Source of the DNA: Eledone cirrhosa
Taxonomy: Eukaryota
NCBI GenBank assembly: GCA_964016885.1
Contig: OZ024749.1
Span: 22,258,001-22,322,000 of the forward strand
Direction of reading: 5' to 3'
Length of the DNA: 64,000 nt
Positions 29,489 through 42,938 of this stretch are shown piece by piece. Positions within the stretch are counted from its first letter, which is position 1; each line of letters begins with the position of its first letter. The notes under the pieces were generated by a model. It saw only the letters and a program-made list of their open reading frames with translations. It ran no database searches and was not told the origin of the DNA. The position numbers were made by a program, and so were the translations under genes.

Positions 29489-32400
29489 CGGCGATGAATT
29501 AGTTTTGAGAGGGGTTTGATATGAAATCGTGTGTCTAAACAAATATTGTTATACTTGGGGAGGGTCATATTTGTGTAATATTGCCAGAATTAATAACAGA
29601 ACACACTAACTGTTTGGTTGGTTTTCGCTTTTCGCTTCTGTGTCTTTTATATCGGTAATCTAATTTATTCGGTCCTCAATGTTGCCATTGACTGACCAGC
29701 GGTCAAAAATAATACAGATACAATATAGACACAAACACATATATATAGTTTATCAAAGTTCTTTCCTTGCAAAGTTCTTTCCTGCAACATCGTCAGTGGT
29801 GCTATTGTTTCCTCCCGTTACATTGTATTTTCTACACCATCTTTATTTAGTCTGTTTATATATTTATTTATTAGTTTATTTTATTTTGTCTTCTTTGCGC
29901 ATGCGTTTGCGTGTGTGTATAGGTGTTTTGTTTGATGTGTGTTCGTGATTGGGTGACTGTGTATTGGTTAATGTATTCTATCTTTACTAGTGTGTGTTTA
30001 TATGTGTTTGTTGTTATTGTGCTTGTGTATGTATTTATTTATTTATTTATCTATTTATTTATTTATACTTCTCTTAGGTCAGTGTTGTTTGTTTGGGTGT
30101 TGTTGTTATTCCATTCATTCTTTCTGTTTAGCCTTGGCCTTCTAATTTCTATTTCACTGGCCTCTCTGATTTGCCTATCTGCTGGGTCATTTCTATGTTT
30201 AGATATTATTCTAATTTCTATGTTGTCTATGTTACCGTCGTGTTGTTGTCTGGCATGTTCGTAGAGTACTGACCCGTTTTTTCGTCCTTTTAGTTCCCCC
30301 CAGTGTTGGTCTATCCTTTCACCTATGCTACGAGCTGTCTCGCCTATGTATTTTGTTGTCATGTTTCTGCAAGTACCCTCTGTGCATCTTATGCTATAGA
30401 ATACGTTTCTAGTTTTACAGTTTATCCGGGGGTTCACCTTACATATGATACATTTCCTATTAGTACAATGGGTTTTCTTAAAAGGGTAGGTTTTGCTGAT
30501 CAGGGTTTTTATGGTGGTTCCTGGCTTTTCTACCACCTTAATCTTTAAGTGGGTCTTTCTCAGGTCTTTCTACACTGGTTAGCTAATTTCCCTCCAGGGG
30601 TAGCGTCCACAAACATGACACTCTGGTATCTCTGGTTGTCGTACCATGAGGTGGCTTTCCCTATCTTATGTCTAGCCCTATCTAAGCTATTCCATGATTT
30701 GCTCCTGTATAATGGGCAAATTCCTTTCATGTCCAGTTCTATGAGGGTCTTATACTTCTCCATGGCTCCTCCGTATACTCTGACTCTATCTCTTTGGTTG
30801 TAGCCAGAGAACTGCATGCGGTTGATGAAGTGTTGCATGTGTCTTTCCATTTCTGTTGGGTTGCACATACGTGACACATTCTTCATCCCTCGTACCAAAT
30901 CTGCGATCAGAATATTAAACTTAGCACTACTGGACATTGCTGAGTTTTGAGTATCAGGTATTTGGAGGCCATGGGTTTAGCATAGTGTGAGTGAAGAATT
31001 TGGGCTCTCTCGTCTATAGTGTTAATCCAGAGTTCCGTGTCTAATACAGGTAGTCTATTGTTAGGGTGTTTGGAAGGGTAGTCGATAGTTACAGTTATAC
31101 TCTGGTGTATGGAATTAGCTATCTGCTGGATGCTTTCCATTGTGCTACGTTCTAAATCAAACTTGTTAGTGCTCTCTAGTGGGGATGTTCTTATAACTAT
31201 ATTGATATCGTCTACGTAACGAGAGTACATGATGAGGTCTATGGAGCTTTCATTAAGGAGATCTTTAAGTCTCCTTTCCCACCATACCATGAAAAGGTTG
31301 GCAACATCACCTGCTATGTTGATACCAATGGCTGCTCCCTCATTTTGGGTGTAGATCTTCTTGTTGAACTTGAATATGTGGCCCTTTAGGGTAGTTTTGA
31401 TACTAGCCCCTATTGCATGTGGGACCATTTTTCTTACCTGATCATTGTTTTGGGGGGTCCGTATAGCTTTGGTCAACCCAATCCACCTTCCCATGGGAGT
31501 CTTTTTAGCCATTGAGGTTATGGTGGGGGGTCTACCTCTTATGGGTCTACTGGAGCAGAAACGTCTAAGGTCATGGCTGTCTAGGTAGTCAGTGTCGTAG
31601 GTAAGTCTAAGTAGGAGACCCAGTTCGTCTGTGTCGACGTCGCAGAACTCCACCTCACTCTCAATGATCATCTCCACACATTTTTCCACAGCAAAATCAA
31701 TGTTAATGGATGGCTACAATGATACCACATCCATGCTGCCTATTATGCAGTTGGATAGGTTCGTGTTTTTGTTGCACTCACTGATTCTGCTGAGGAGGTC
31801 CTCTGTACTGTCACATACATCTGGGGACATCTTGATTATGGGGCGTATAACCATTGAGAGGAAGTAGGAGATCCTGTAGTTGCTAGCTATATTTGCTCCG
31901 CATACGCGTCTTGTTGGTGGTCCTTTGTCGGGTCGTCGACTATCTTGTGGTCTTTGCGGAGCCTATACAAGTGTGGTATGCCATTGTTAGACGCCTGGAA
32001 GTGGTTGGCAGTGCGTCTGCTTGGCTTTAGGATGACGGTCCACATCATCATGTGAGGGTTGAGGATTTTCTCTCTCCCATCATGTGTTTGCTGTGCAATT
32101 TCGCTCGTGTTGCTGATGTGGGGTTGCATAGCCTTGATGTAGTTCGGCATGCTATCTATTGACATCCTACCAGACTTATCCGTGGGTAGACATACTACGT
32201 CACCATCCCTTGTGCGCTGCTTGAGGCTAATCAAGCCTTCTACAGGTTTCCTCTCAAGTTGTTGGGCCTCTGGTCTGCTCTGTCTCTTAGTATACCGGTC
32301 TACTATTTGTCTAATCTTATTTCTAGCTATGGTGAACTGTGCCTCTGTCTCGTCATCTATTTGTTGTGGTATGCAAACTCTTTTATTAAAGGGTAACCTC

Positions 32401-33359
32401 GTAGGATAGATATTACCCATCTTATATGTTTTGTCAGCTGGGTTGAAAAATAGTTTCTCTAAGGGGTTGTCATTATATCTATCGTCATAGTTGTGTGTGT
32501 TGCTATTATTGTTATTATGGTGGTTGTTGTTGTTCCTATCATTAGCATTATTATTATTGTTATGATTGCTAGATTTATTGTTGCTGTGTTTGTTAGATGT
32601 ATTGTTGTTATGATTGCTAGGTGTATTGTTGTTGTGATTGTTAGATGTATTGTTGTTATGATTGCTAGATGTATTATGCTGTGATTGTTAGATGTATTGT
32701 TGTTATATTGCTAGATGTATTGTTGCTGTGATTGTTGTTTACTTCACCGTTATTGTTGTTGTTACTGTTATTTCGACCATTGTGGTTGTTACTTGTATTA
32801 TGTTTCTTGTTTTTGTTGTGTCTATCATTAATGTTGCTACATGTATTATTTCCATTATTACCACTGTGGTTGTTGTTGTTGTTGTTGTTCATATTGTTAC
32901 CGTTATTGCTACTGTGGTCGCTGTTGCTGTGTCTGTAGTTAATGTTTCTATTATTATTATTATTGTGGTTGTTGTTGTTGTTCTGTCTATCGTTAGTATT
33001 ATTACCATTATTACTATTTCTCGCTCTCCTGCTATTGTTATTGTTATGGTTATTACTATTATAGTTGTTATTTCTATACTCAGAGTTATTATTTATATTA
33101 CTACTACCGTTATTATTGTTGTTGTTGTTGTTTACTTTTGCATTCCAACGTATTTGATAAACTATATATATGTGTTTGTGTCTATATTGTATCTGTATTA
33201 TTTTTGACCGTTGGTCAGTCAATGGAAACATTGAGGACCGAATAAATTAGATTAACGATATATAATACACAGAAGCGAAAAGCGAAAACCAACCAAACAG
33301 TTAGTGTGTTCTGTTATTAATTCTGGCAATATTACACAAATATGACCCTCCCCAAGTAT

Positions 33360-33365
<6 letters not shown>
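29488..33365 (-). mobile_element. Penelope-like element family B with inverted 5' pLTR
   Basis: 29546-29755 is inverted to 33155-33365; the tail encodes [15 protein letters not shown]; hammerhead (with an internal duplication) at 29751-29800. Confidence 0.92.
30063..33152 (-). pseudogene. PLE RT plus GIY-YIG polyprotein, frameshifted, with an Asn-rich insert
   Basis: LPTDKSGR, LRKDHK, GAAIG, YSRYVDDI, LPVLD, HYAKPMAS, MQFSGY, YIGETARS. Confidence 0.92.
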
Positions 33366-33444
<79 letters not shown>

Positions 33445-33446
<2 letters not shown>

Positions 33447-34490
33447 AAAAACATGGGGAGAAGAATACTGCATGGTTGCACATGGATTACATATTATAAA
33501 ATTAGTCCCTCATCAGTGATTTGCCAACGATCATTGGTATTTCATCGAATTAAAAATCATATACCTCAGGTTGGCGCGAGCAATAACTAAAATAAGCTAT
33601 TGGGACAAGTGAGTCGCGTAAAGCGAGTGAGACAAGTAAACAACATAGAAGGAAAAGCTAACCGAAGATGGGAAGAAAAACAAGCAACATGGTTATCCGA
33701 TCAACATAAGCTGGGTGAATTTCATGAGCGCTCAGAAAACTGACCTTTCGCTGTGAATGGGATGTGAGAAAGAAAGAATCCCACTCCTAGCGAACGGGAA
33801 GAAGTGAGAAGGGAGAAACAAAGAGTGAGTGAGTGGAAGTGCGAGGAAGAGGTCAGTCGAGAGAAAGTGTTAACTGACAGAGGGGACGAAAGAAGGTAAG
33901 AGAAACAGAGAGAACGGGGGAGTAGTAAGAGAGAAAGAGAGAAACAGATAATCGCAGTTTAGGTAATATATATGAAAAACATGGGGAGAAGAATACTGCA
34001 TGGTTGCACATGGATTACATATTATAAAATTAGTCCCTCATCAGTGATTTGCCAACGATCATTGGTATTTCATCGAATTAAAAATCATATACCTCAGGTT
34101 GGTGCGAGCAATAACTAAAATAAGCTATTGGGACAAGTGAGTCGCGTAAAGCGAGTGAGACAAGTAAACAACATAGAAGGAAAAGCTAACCGAAGATGGG
34201 AGGAAAAACAAGCAACATGGTTATCGGATCAGCATAATCTGGGTGAATTTCATGAGCGCTCAGAAAACAAACCTTTCGCTGTGAATAGGATGTGAGAAAG
34301 AAAGAATCCCTCTCCTAGCGAACGGGAGGAAGTGAGAAGGGGAGAAACAGAGAGTGAGTGAGTGGAAGTGTGAGGAAGAGGTCAGTCGAGAGAAAGTGTT
34401 AACTGACAGAGGGGACGAAAGAAGGTAAGAGAAACAGAGAGAACGGGGGAGCAGTAAGTGAGAAAGAGAGAAACAGATAATCGATATATA
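33445..34490. repeat. Tandem dimer, 528-bp unit
   Basis: tgaaaaacatggggagaagaatactg starts at 33445 and 33973; units are highly similar. Confidence 0.9.
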
Positions 34491-34683
34491 TATCTCTATA
34501 TATAAATATATATTAGAAAGTGAGGTTTTTTTTACAAAATGAAAAATAACCAAGGTGTCCTACACGAGTGAAAGTATAAAGAAAAAGAGATGAAATCGAA
34601 AATGCAACTAGAGTCTTATTTTTTTAAGAAATATATATATTTCTCAGATGTGAGAAAAACCACAGACCCGCCATCTCAACTCA

Positions 34684-34721
34684 CCTTTTGAAAAGCAGAA
34701 GAACTGTGAAACCGGTAAAGG
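34684..34721 (+). ncRNA. Hammerhead variant with U3:A8 core (family C)
   Basis: cctt-TTGAAAA-GCAG aagaa CTGT-GAA ACCGGT A-aagg, inside fold-back pLTR 34575-34798. Confidence 0.7.
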
Positions 34722-34793
34722 AACCAAATAAATATATATATTTAAAAAAAAAATAAGACTCCAGTTGCATTTTCGATTTCATCTTTTTTTCTT

Positions 34794-34873
<80 letters not shown>

Positions 34874-34965
34874 TATTTATATAAATATATTTATATATAT
34901 ATATTTATATATATATATATATATTTATATACATATTTATATATATATATATTTATATATATATA

Positions 34966-36012
34966 AATGGAATAGAATGAAACGAAATTTCATTTCTCAC
35001 ACTTAGTACGGCACTTACTTAAATGTATGTATGTATACGTACATACATATATGTATACAGACGTACAGTAGCATGTATATATATATACATACAGGCACAC
35101 ATACATATATGCACGTATCAGTTTACCGAACATTTATTATAATGCTCGGTTTGTTCGTTTGTAAACAAACAAACACCCTTAATTACGCCGTACAGTGTTT
35201 AGGCAACCACGTCACCTTTTTGTTCAACACTGACACAGGAACGATGTACTAGTTTCAAGCTTATTAGCTATCGTCAGCACCGTATACCTTTCTGCCAGAT
35301 GGTTGAACGTCCGAAAGAAGATACTTTCCTTATGAAAATTAACGGCTGAGCAGCCTAATTTGCATATCGAGTGAGTTCAGTCGGCCAGGCGCACCGAAAA
35401 CGATAAATGGAATAGAATGAAACGAAATTTCATTTCTCACTCTTAGTACGGCACTTACTTAAATGTAAGTATGTATGTATACGTACATACATATATGTAT
35501 ACAAACGTACAGTAGCATGTATATATATATATACATACAGGCATAACATACATATATGCACGTATCAGTTTACCGAACATTTATTATAATGCTCGGTTTG
35601 TTCGTTTGTAAACAAACAAACAGCCTGAATTACGCCGTACAGTGTTTAAGCAACCACGTCACCTTTTTGTTCAACACTGACACAGGAATGATGTACTAGT
35701 ATAATAAATGGCTGTTTGTTTGTTTACAAACGAACAAACCGAGCATTATAATAAATGTTCGGTAAACTGATACGTGCATATATTTATGTGTGCCTGTATG
35801 TATATATATACATGCTACTGTACGTCTGTATACATATATGTATGTACGTATACATACATACTTAGATTTAAGTAAGTGACGTCTAAGAGTGAGAAATGAA
35901 ATTTCGTTTCATTCTATTCCATTTATCGTTTTCGGTGCGCCTGGCCGACTGAACTCAATCGATATGCAAATTAGGCTGCTCAGCCGTTAATTTTCATAAG
36001 GAAAGTATATAC

Positions 36013-36016
<4 letters not shown>
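34966..36016. repeat. Diverged R2-subfamily array with inversion
   Basis: About 440-bp unit; hammerhead on - at 35241-35283 (acggtg-CTGACGA..GAAACTAGTA-catcgt); orientation switch at about 35700. Confidence 0.85.
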
Positions 36017-36523
<507 letters not shown>

Positions 36524-36649
36524 TATATATGTATATATATATATATTTATATATACATATATATATATATATATATTTATATATATTTATATATATATAT
36601 ATTTATATATATATATTTATATATATATATATTTATATATATATATATT

Positions 36650-36740
<91 letters not shown>

Positions 36741-36774
36741 ATATATATATATATATATTTATATATACATATTT

Positions 36775-38082
36775 ATGGAGGAGGTTATAGTTTACTTGAA
36801 GCATTGTGTAATGAGGTATAAACGTTTGTATATGTATAATAAAGCCAAAACAATGCAGGTATGGACATAGAATAAAGAATGCAAATGCAAAAGATATTGT
36901 TGACAATTAGTCTTTTACCTTAGATTTATTTAAATGTCCTTAATTTTCGAGATAATATCTGTTCTTCAGAGGTAAGTAAAACTGTTAATCCAGTGTTCTA
37001 AATAGCTTGCCAAGTCATGCTGACAGGAAATGGTAGAGAGTATCTGTTCTATCTTTAATGCCAAAGTGTTTAAGAGTAGGTGGATAAAGAGTAGTCTCCC
37101 TTTAAAAGTTTTTTTTTTTTTTTTGTACATGCCTGTTTAAATGTGTTGGAGAATGCATGAAGGTGTAAGTGTGCGTGTGTGTGTGAGTGTGAGACGATAT
37201 GTCTATACGTAAATGTGGGGGATAGATGTTATCTCGTGTTAGAATTGGTTTTGTGTGTGTATGTGTGAGAGAGAATAAGTGGAGGTGTAAGCCTGTGTGT
37301 GTGTGTGGGTGCGTGCATGTGTGCGCGTGTGTGTGTGGAGTGTGTGTAAATATGGGGCTAGAAGCTCGATCAAGTTATAAATTGGGTGTTGAGTTCTAGT
37401 CTATTATTGATTGGTGGTTGTGTTTTGTCTATAATTAGTGCTTCCTTAATTCTAAGATTGCCGAGGTTTCTTTCCTTGGTTTCTATCCTAACTGTTATGG
37501 TTTTGTCGGTGTTTTTGCATTTAACTAGGTGTTTCTTAAATGAGGAAGCGTTAGTATTGAGGTGTTCTTTTATTTTTATGTGGAGTGGTCTGGTGGTGAT
37601 ACCTACGTAGAAGTTGTTGCATTTGTCACACTCTTGTCTGTATACGACGTAAGCCTGGTGGTATAGGTCTGTGTCGTTGATGGGGCAGTTGGCTAGTCTG
37701 CAGCAGTTGTCATGTCTGGTGGAGTGTCTTTTCGTTAGCTGTCCGCGTAGAGAAGGACCTGGGTGGGCCAGTTGGATATCTAGTCCCTCTCGTCAGATAG
37801 CTCTGCGGATGGCTGTTGTTGTTTCTTCACAGAAGTGTGGGAGCTTCAGGAAGCAAGTGTTAGTGCCTCGGGTGTGGTGTCCTCTGTTCTTTCTGGCACG
37901 GTTTGTGGTGGATGTCGTGTATCCGTTCAGTTTGAGTACTTCCAGGAAATGTGTGGTGTGTGTGTCTCGGTCTCTAGCGTCGGTGAATTTGTTCCGGATA
38001 CGTGCCAGTTCGTTCCTTATGTATCCGAACTTAGCGCCGGCTGGGAGGGCCGATCTGAAATGTACGAACAGGTCCCTGCTGG

Positions 38083-38087
<5 letters not shown>
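36775..38087 (-). mobile_element. 5'-truncated PLE family W with hammerhead at 36938-36972
   Basis: pLTR homologous to 329-796; coding remnant upstream; both ends in (TA)n. Confidence 0.85.
37370..38087 (-). pseudogene. PLE RT thumb plus GIY-YIG endonuclease (no start codon, absent from the ORF track)
   Basis: Manual translation: DLFVHFRSALP..LNGY..CRLANCP..YVVYRQECDKCNNFYVGITTRPLHIKIKEH..RIKEALII..PPINNRLE. Confidence 0.85.
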
Positions 38088-38153
<66 letters not shown>

Positions 38154-38220
38154 CAAGGTTAGCAAATAAGGAAAATGTTTCAAAATAAATTTTTAAAAAT
38201 TAACTTTACTTACTATGGTT

Positions 38221-38304
38221 ACCTTTACCGAATCGGTTTCGAATCTCAAAAATAAACGGAGACCATACGGCCTTCGTCGCAAAGAAAGATTCTCGTCAGA
38301 AGGT
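38221..38304 (-). ncRNA. Type-I hammerhead with ~40-nt loop II (pLTR family X, 38150-38713)
   Basis: acctt-CTGACGA-GAATCT..AGATTC-GAA ACCG att CGGT A-aaggt; the pLTR end is repeated at 38633-38713. Confidence 0.88.
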
Positions 38305-38711
38305 TCTTTTCATTCGAAGAATATAAAATTCTTGAATTTAAATTACGAACTAGCGCTACCCAAAACTGTTCCCGAGATGAGAGTAAATGAAGTGGAATCA
38401 ATTTTTTCAAGGGCCGAAAGTAAAGATAGAGGCAGAGGGAAGTAGGTCAATCGGCTACCACTATCACTGGCAGCAGTCAGAACGACCAACATTTTTCTCA
38501 ACATAGAGGAGTATAGTAATAATAGGATATGTGTTCCTACACGCACAAGGCGCTAAGGGACACATGTATTGTCCAACCATATGGCAATGTGGTTCAATGG
38601 CAGGTTAATAAATTAACGAGCCAGAACATATATAATCAAGGTTTAGCAAATAAGGAAAACGTTTCAAAATAAAATTTTAAAAATTAACTTTACTTACTAT
38701 GGTTACCTTTA

Positions 38712-41700
38712 CCTTCTTCAGATGGGTTAAGGATGAGGAGTGAAACCGTACACCGGATCTCCCTGCAACAAGTCTTAACACCCCGGCGGGCAGGCGCTGC
38801 AAAATAACACCCAGGAAACAATCCTTGCATACCAGACCCAGCATCAGACAAACAGATGCGACAAAAAAAAAAAAAAAAAACCACCTGCCAGAGTTACCTC
38901 CCTTGACCTGCTGCAAAATCAAAACAAACTATTTTTGCGAGCAATGAACCTTGATGTGGATTTAACCCCCAAAACTCTTTCCGAGCAATATAAGGAACAC
39001 TTTTGATTATTTATGCCCTTGAGAAGCCCAACTGGGCGAAACGTACGTAGGTGCTGTTTTAAATAAACATGTTTTAACGGTCTATTCTCCGATTTTTTAC
39101 TTTCCCACGTGCTTACGCTCTGCTAACTCTCTAGCCCACTAAATATTAACACTTCGAATATTTAATACTGCCGGCCTAGTATCGAGCGCCTAGTATCGAG
39201 CACCTTTGGCATACGCTACTTGGCAAATAACTATATGTATCACCTATGCTCCCCTTTTTTCTCTTTCTCGATACGTAAATACTGTATTACCGTGCTCCTT
39301 TTGTAGAGCATCTCACCTTATTTGCCATTATGTTGGAGAACCAGCCGTTACCCATGTCTGTCAAGTGTATCCCCTTACCCAGCAGAAAAACCTACCTTAA
39401 ACTGCTTATAGACGCTACTAATTCGTTTATACGGAGAGTCAGATGGAAGGCCTACCACCTGAATAAGAACACCCGTAACCTTCCTGAACCCAAAGAGAGG
39501 TATGGCTTCAAAACATACCGAAACCCACCGCACAACACCTTACTGGACTCCTTTGAAGAGGACCTGCTGAAAATGATCAAAAACGTTAAGTTCAGAAAGA
39601 AACACCAATGCAGCAATCCATTCTTAACGTCCCTTGATACACTAATAACTAAGATCAAGAATGACCCGCACCTCTTCGTCACCTCCGACAAACCAAAAAG
39701 CTGTACAAGATGGACGCGAGAAAGTATAAAAAATTCATCTATAAGGAACTACACAAAGACTACAAAAAGACACCCTCTAGTACCCTAAATGACATAAATA
39801 GAGTAGGGAAGGATATAGTCACCAGCTTAGAAATAGAAAAGTACACTAACCCGTACGTCCCTCTGACGCCTAAGTTCTCTCTTAAGGATCACAAATATGA
39901 CTTTAATGAAAGCCCCTCTATTAGACTAATATGCCCCTCAACATCAGATATAGGTAAGATTAGTAAAGTGATCCTCGACAGAGTACTACTGGAGCTTAAT
40001 AGAAAGGCTAAGGTCTGCCTCTGGGGCAACACCGACCAGGTCATAAATTGGTTCACCGAGTTGCCGGATAAAGCCACCTTGAAATTCATCCAGTTTGATA
40101 TAGATAGTTACTACGCCTCTATCTCCCCCATACTCTTAAATAAGGCACTTATCTTAGCTAGATCTAACACTAGCCTCACTAAAAAAGAAATAGACATAAT
40201 TCTAGCGGCGCGTAGAACCATTATCCAGTTCGAAGGCTCCCACTGGACCAGAACCAACCGTCCTGATAACTTCGATGACACGATGGGGTCCAGTGACTCA
40301 GCGCAAGTAACTCACCTGGTCGGGATATACCTCCTACATAAGCTTAGGGAAGAGATACAGACCCTACAAGGCGGTGTATATAGGGATGACGCCCTGTTTA
40401 CCGTTAGGAACCATAGTCCCCGTAGGATAGAGAACCTTAACAAACATATACACAGGTTCTTCAAGTCATACGGCCTATTCGTAACTATGGACCTCAACCA
40501 CAGGGTTGTCAACTTCCTGGACGTGACACTGGAGTTGAGTACAGGCTTATACAAGCCATACCATAAGCCTGGAGAGTGCCTCTCTTATATTAATTATGCC
40601 TCAAACCACCCTAAGCAGACTCTCAACTCTATAGTCTATAGTATCTCACATAGAATCTCGAGGCTATCCGCCAATGAGGATATCTTCAACCAAGCGACAG
40701 ATTACTACAATAGGGCCTTGATAAGCGCCGGATTTAACCGAGGAATTTCCTACAGCCCTAACGCTAGCTCTAGAAACCATCCCCTCATAAAACAAACGTT
40801 ATAGAAAGCCATACCTATAACCGATCACGCGGCGACCTCGTTGAAGTCGGATATAATAGAATAGATAACCGCACTAAAGATCACGACCCCGGCGACGGTG
40901 AACACTGTAGATTACTCGAACTATTCCCCTATTACAAAACCAACAAAGGCAACGGCCTACTACCAACGCCTTCAAACCAACATGTTCGTGTACATAAACA
41001 TGGAAGAGGTAAGAAGAGTGCACCCGAGCATAAAGTGAAAGGGGCACCGAACGGGCGACTGCGCATTAACACACATAAGAGCGGTCACCTAGATGGAACC
41101 ACCCGTAGCAAAAGTACAAGGACACGGAATCACCACCGTAACGTCCTATGGTCCCCCCCTACTCTCGGAGTGTGGCCTCCAACATACCCCGGATGTTCTT
41201 CGAAGCCTTAGAGAAGAACTTCCCGCCCAACCATAGGTATAGAAAAATTCTTAATAGGAATAATATAAAAATATCCTTCTCTACTACTCCTAACCTAGCA
41301 GACATCATAGGAACAACGAACCACAGTAAGATGACCAAGACACAGCACCTCGACACAGACGCACCTACACCTGACAATAACTATATCGGCCTTAACAACT
41401 CCCTGGCAGCATCCAATAGTGTTGACAACGGCATCCGCAGACGCAACCAGCATAACCGTGAAATGACTGGGGAACATGCAGGACATGACGTGCGGAATAA
41501 CAATCGCAGCACCCCGCGTGCTGTGGGTTGTAATTGTGCTAACGACCGCTGCGGTAGCGTAGGTAACAACGCAGGCAGCAACAATGATAGCCTTACCGTG
41601 GGAAATAGACGGAACCGCGACAGAAATTGCAACTGCCGCGACAGAGGACGCTGCCCCCTTAGAGGATACTGCTTGACTGATAGGGTTATATATAGATGCA

Positions 41701-42610
41701 CTATTACTAGCCACAATAGCGTTAAACATTATATAGGTGCTACGTCCGGCCCGTTCAAAATTAGGTTTCGAACACATCTCCACTCTTTCACAAATAGAAA
41801 ACTAAGGCACTCCACTTCGCTCGCGGACTACATCACATCACTAAAGGACTTAAACATCAGCTTCTCCACGCACTGGGAGATTGTCGATAGGGCTGCACCG
41901 TACAAATTCAAGAGGAAATGCGATCTTTGACTCATGGAGCTCTACCACATTATAACTGCACCCCACGAACTCATCAACAGCAGAGCTGAAACAGCGATAA
42001 GTTGTACACATCGCTTAAAAATATCCTTCTTCAGATGGGTTAAGGATGATGAGTGAAACCGTACACCGGATCTCCCTGCAACAATTCTTAACACGCAGGC
42101 GGGCAGGCGCTGCAAAATAACATCCAGGAAACAATCCTTGCATACCAGACCCAAGCTCAGACAAACAGATGCCGCAAAAAAAAAAAAAAAAAATTGTCCG
42201 GGAAAGACTGCCCTAAGAGCGGCCAGAGTTGTTTCCCTTGACCTGCTGCAAAATCAAAACAAGCTATTTTTGCGAGCAATGAACCTTGATGTGGATTTAA
42301 CCCCCAAAACTCTTTCCGAGCAATATAAGGAACACTTTTGATTATTTACGCCCTTGAGAAGCCCAAATGGGCGAAACGTACGTAGGTGCTGTTTTAAATA
42401 AACATGTTTTAACGGTCTATTCTCCGATTTTTTACTTTCCCAAGTGCTTGCGCTCTGCTAACTCTCTAGCCCACTAAATATTAACACTTCGAAAATTTAA
42501 TACTGCCGGCACTAGTATCGAGCACCTTTGGCATACGCTACTTGGCAAATAACTATATGTATCACCTATGCTCCCCTTTTTTTCTCTTTCTCGATACGTA
42601 AATACTGTAT
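38712..42610 (+). mobile_element. Full-length-architecture PLE family Y (partial tandem, ~575-bp direct repeats)
   Basis: 38712-39287 is repeated at 42026-42610; hammerhead variants at 39015-39054 and 42350-42389. Confidence 0.92.
39354..42056 (+). pseudogene. PLE RT plus GIY-YIG polyprotein, disrupted
   Basis: CIPLPS..FIRRVRWKA, LKDHK, IRLICP, FDIDSYYASI, MGS, YRDD, FLDV, PYHKP, CNCR..CPL..VIY..YIG..FKIRF..H, CDL*LME..LINSR..CTH. Confidence 0.92.
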
Positions 42611-42623
42611 ATTTATATATATA

Positions 42624-42925
<302 letters not shown>

Positions 42926-42938
42926 CTATATATATATA

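Noticed and set aside
29546-33365. DNA transposon with ~210-bp TIRs
   Set aside because: The interior encodes RT and GIY-YIG; the inverted ends are a PLE inverted pLTR
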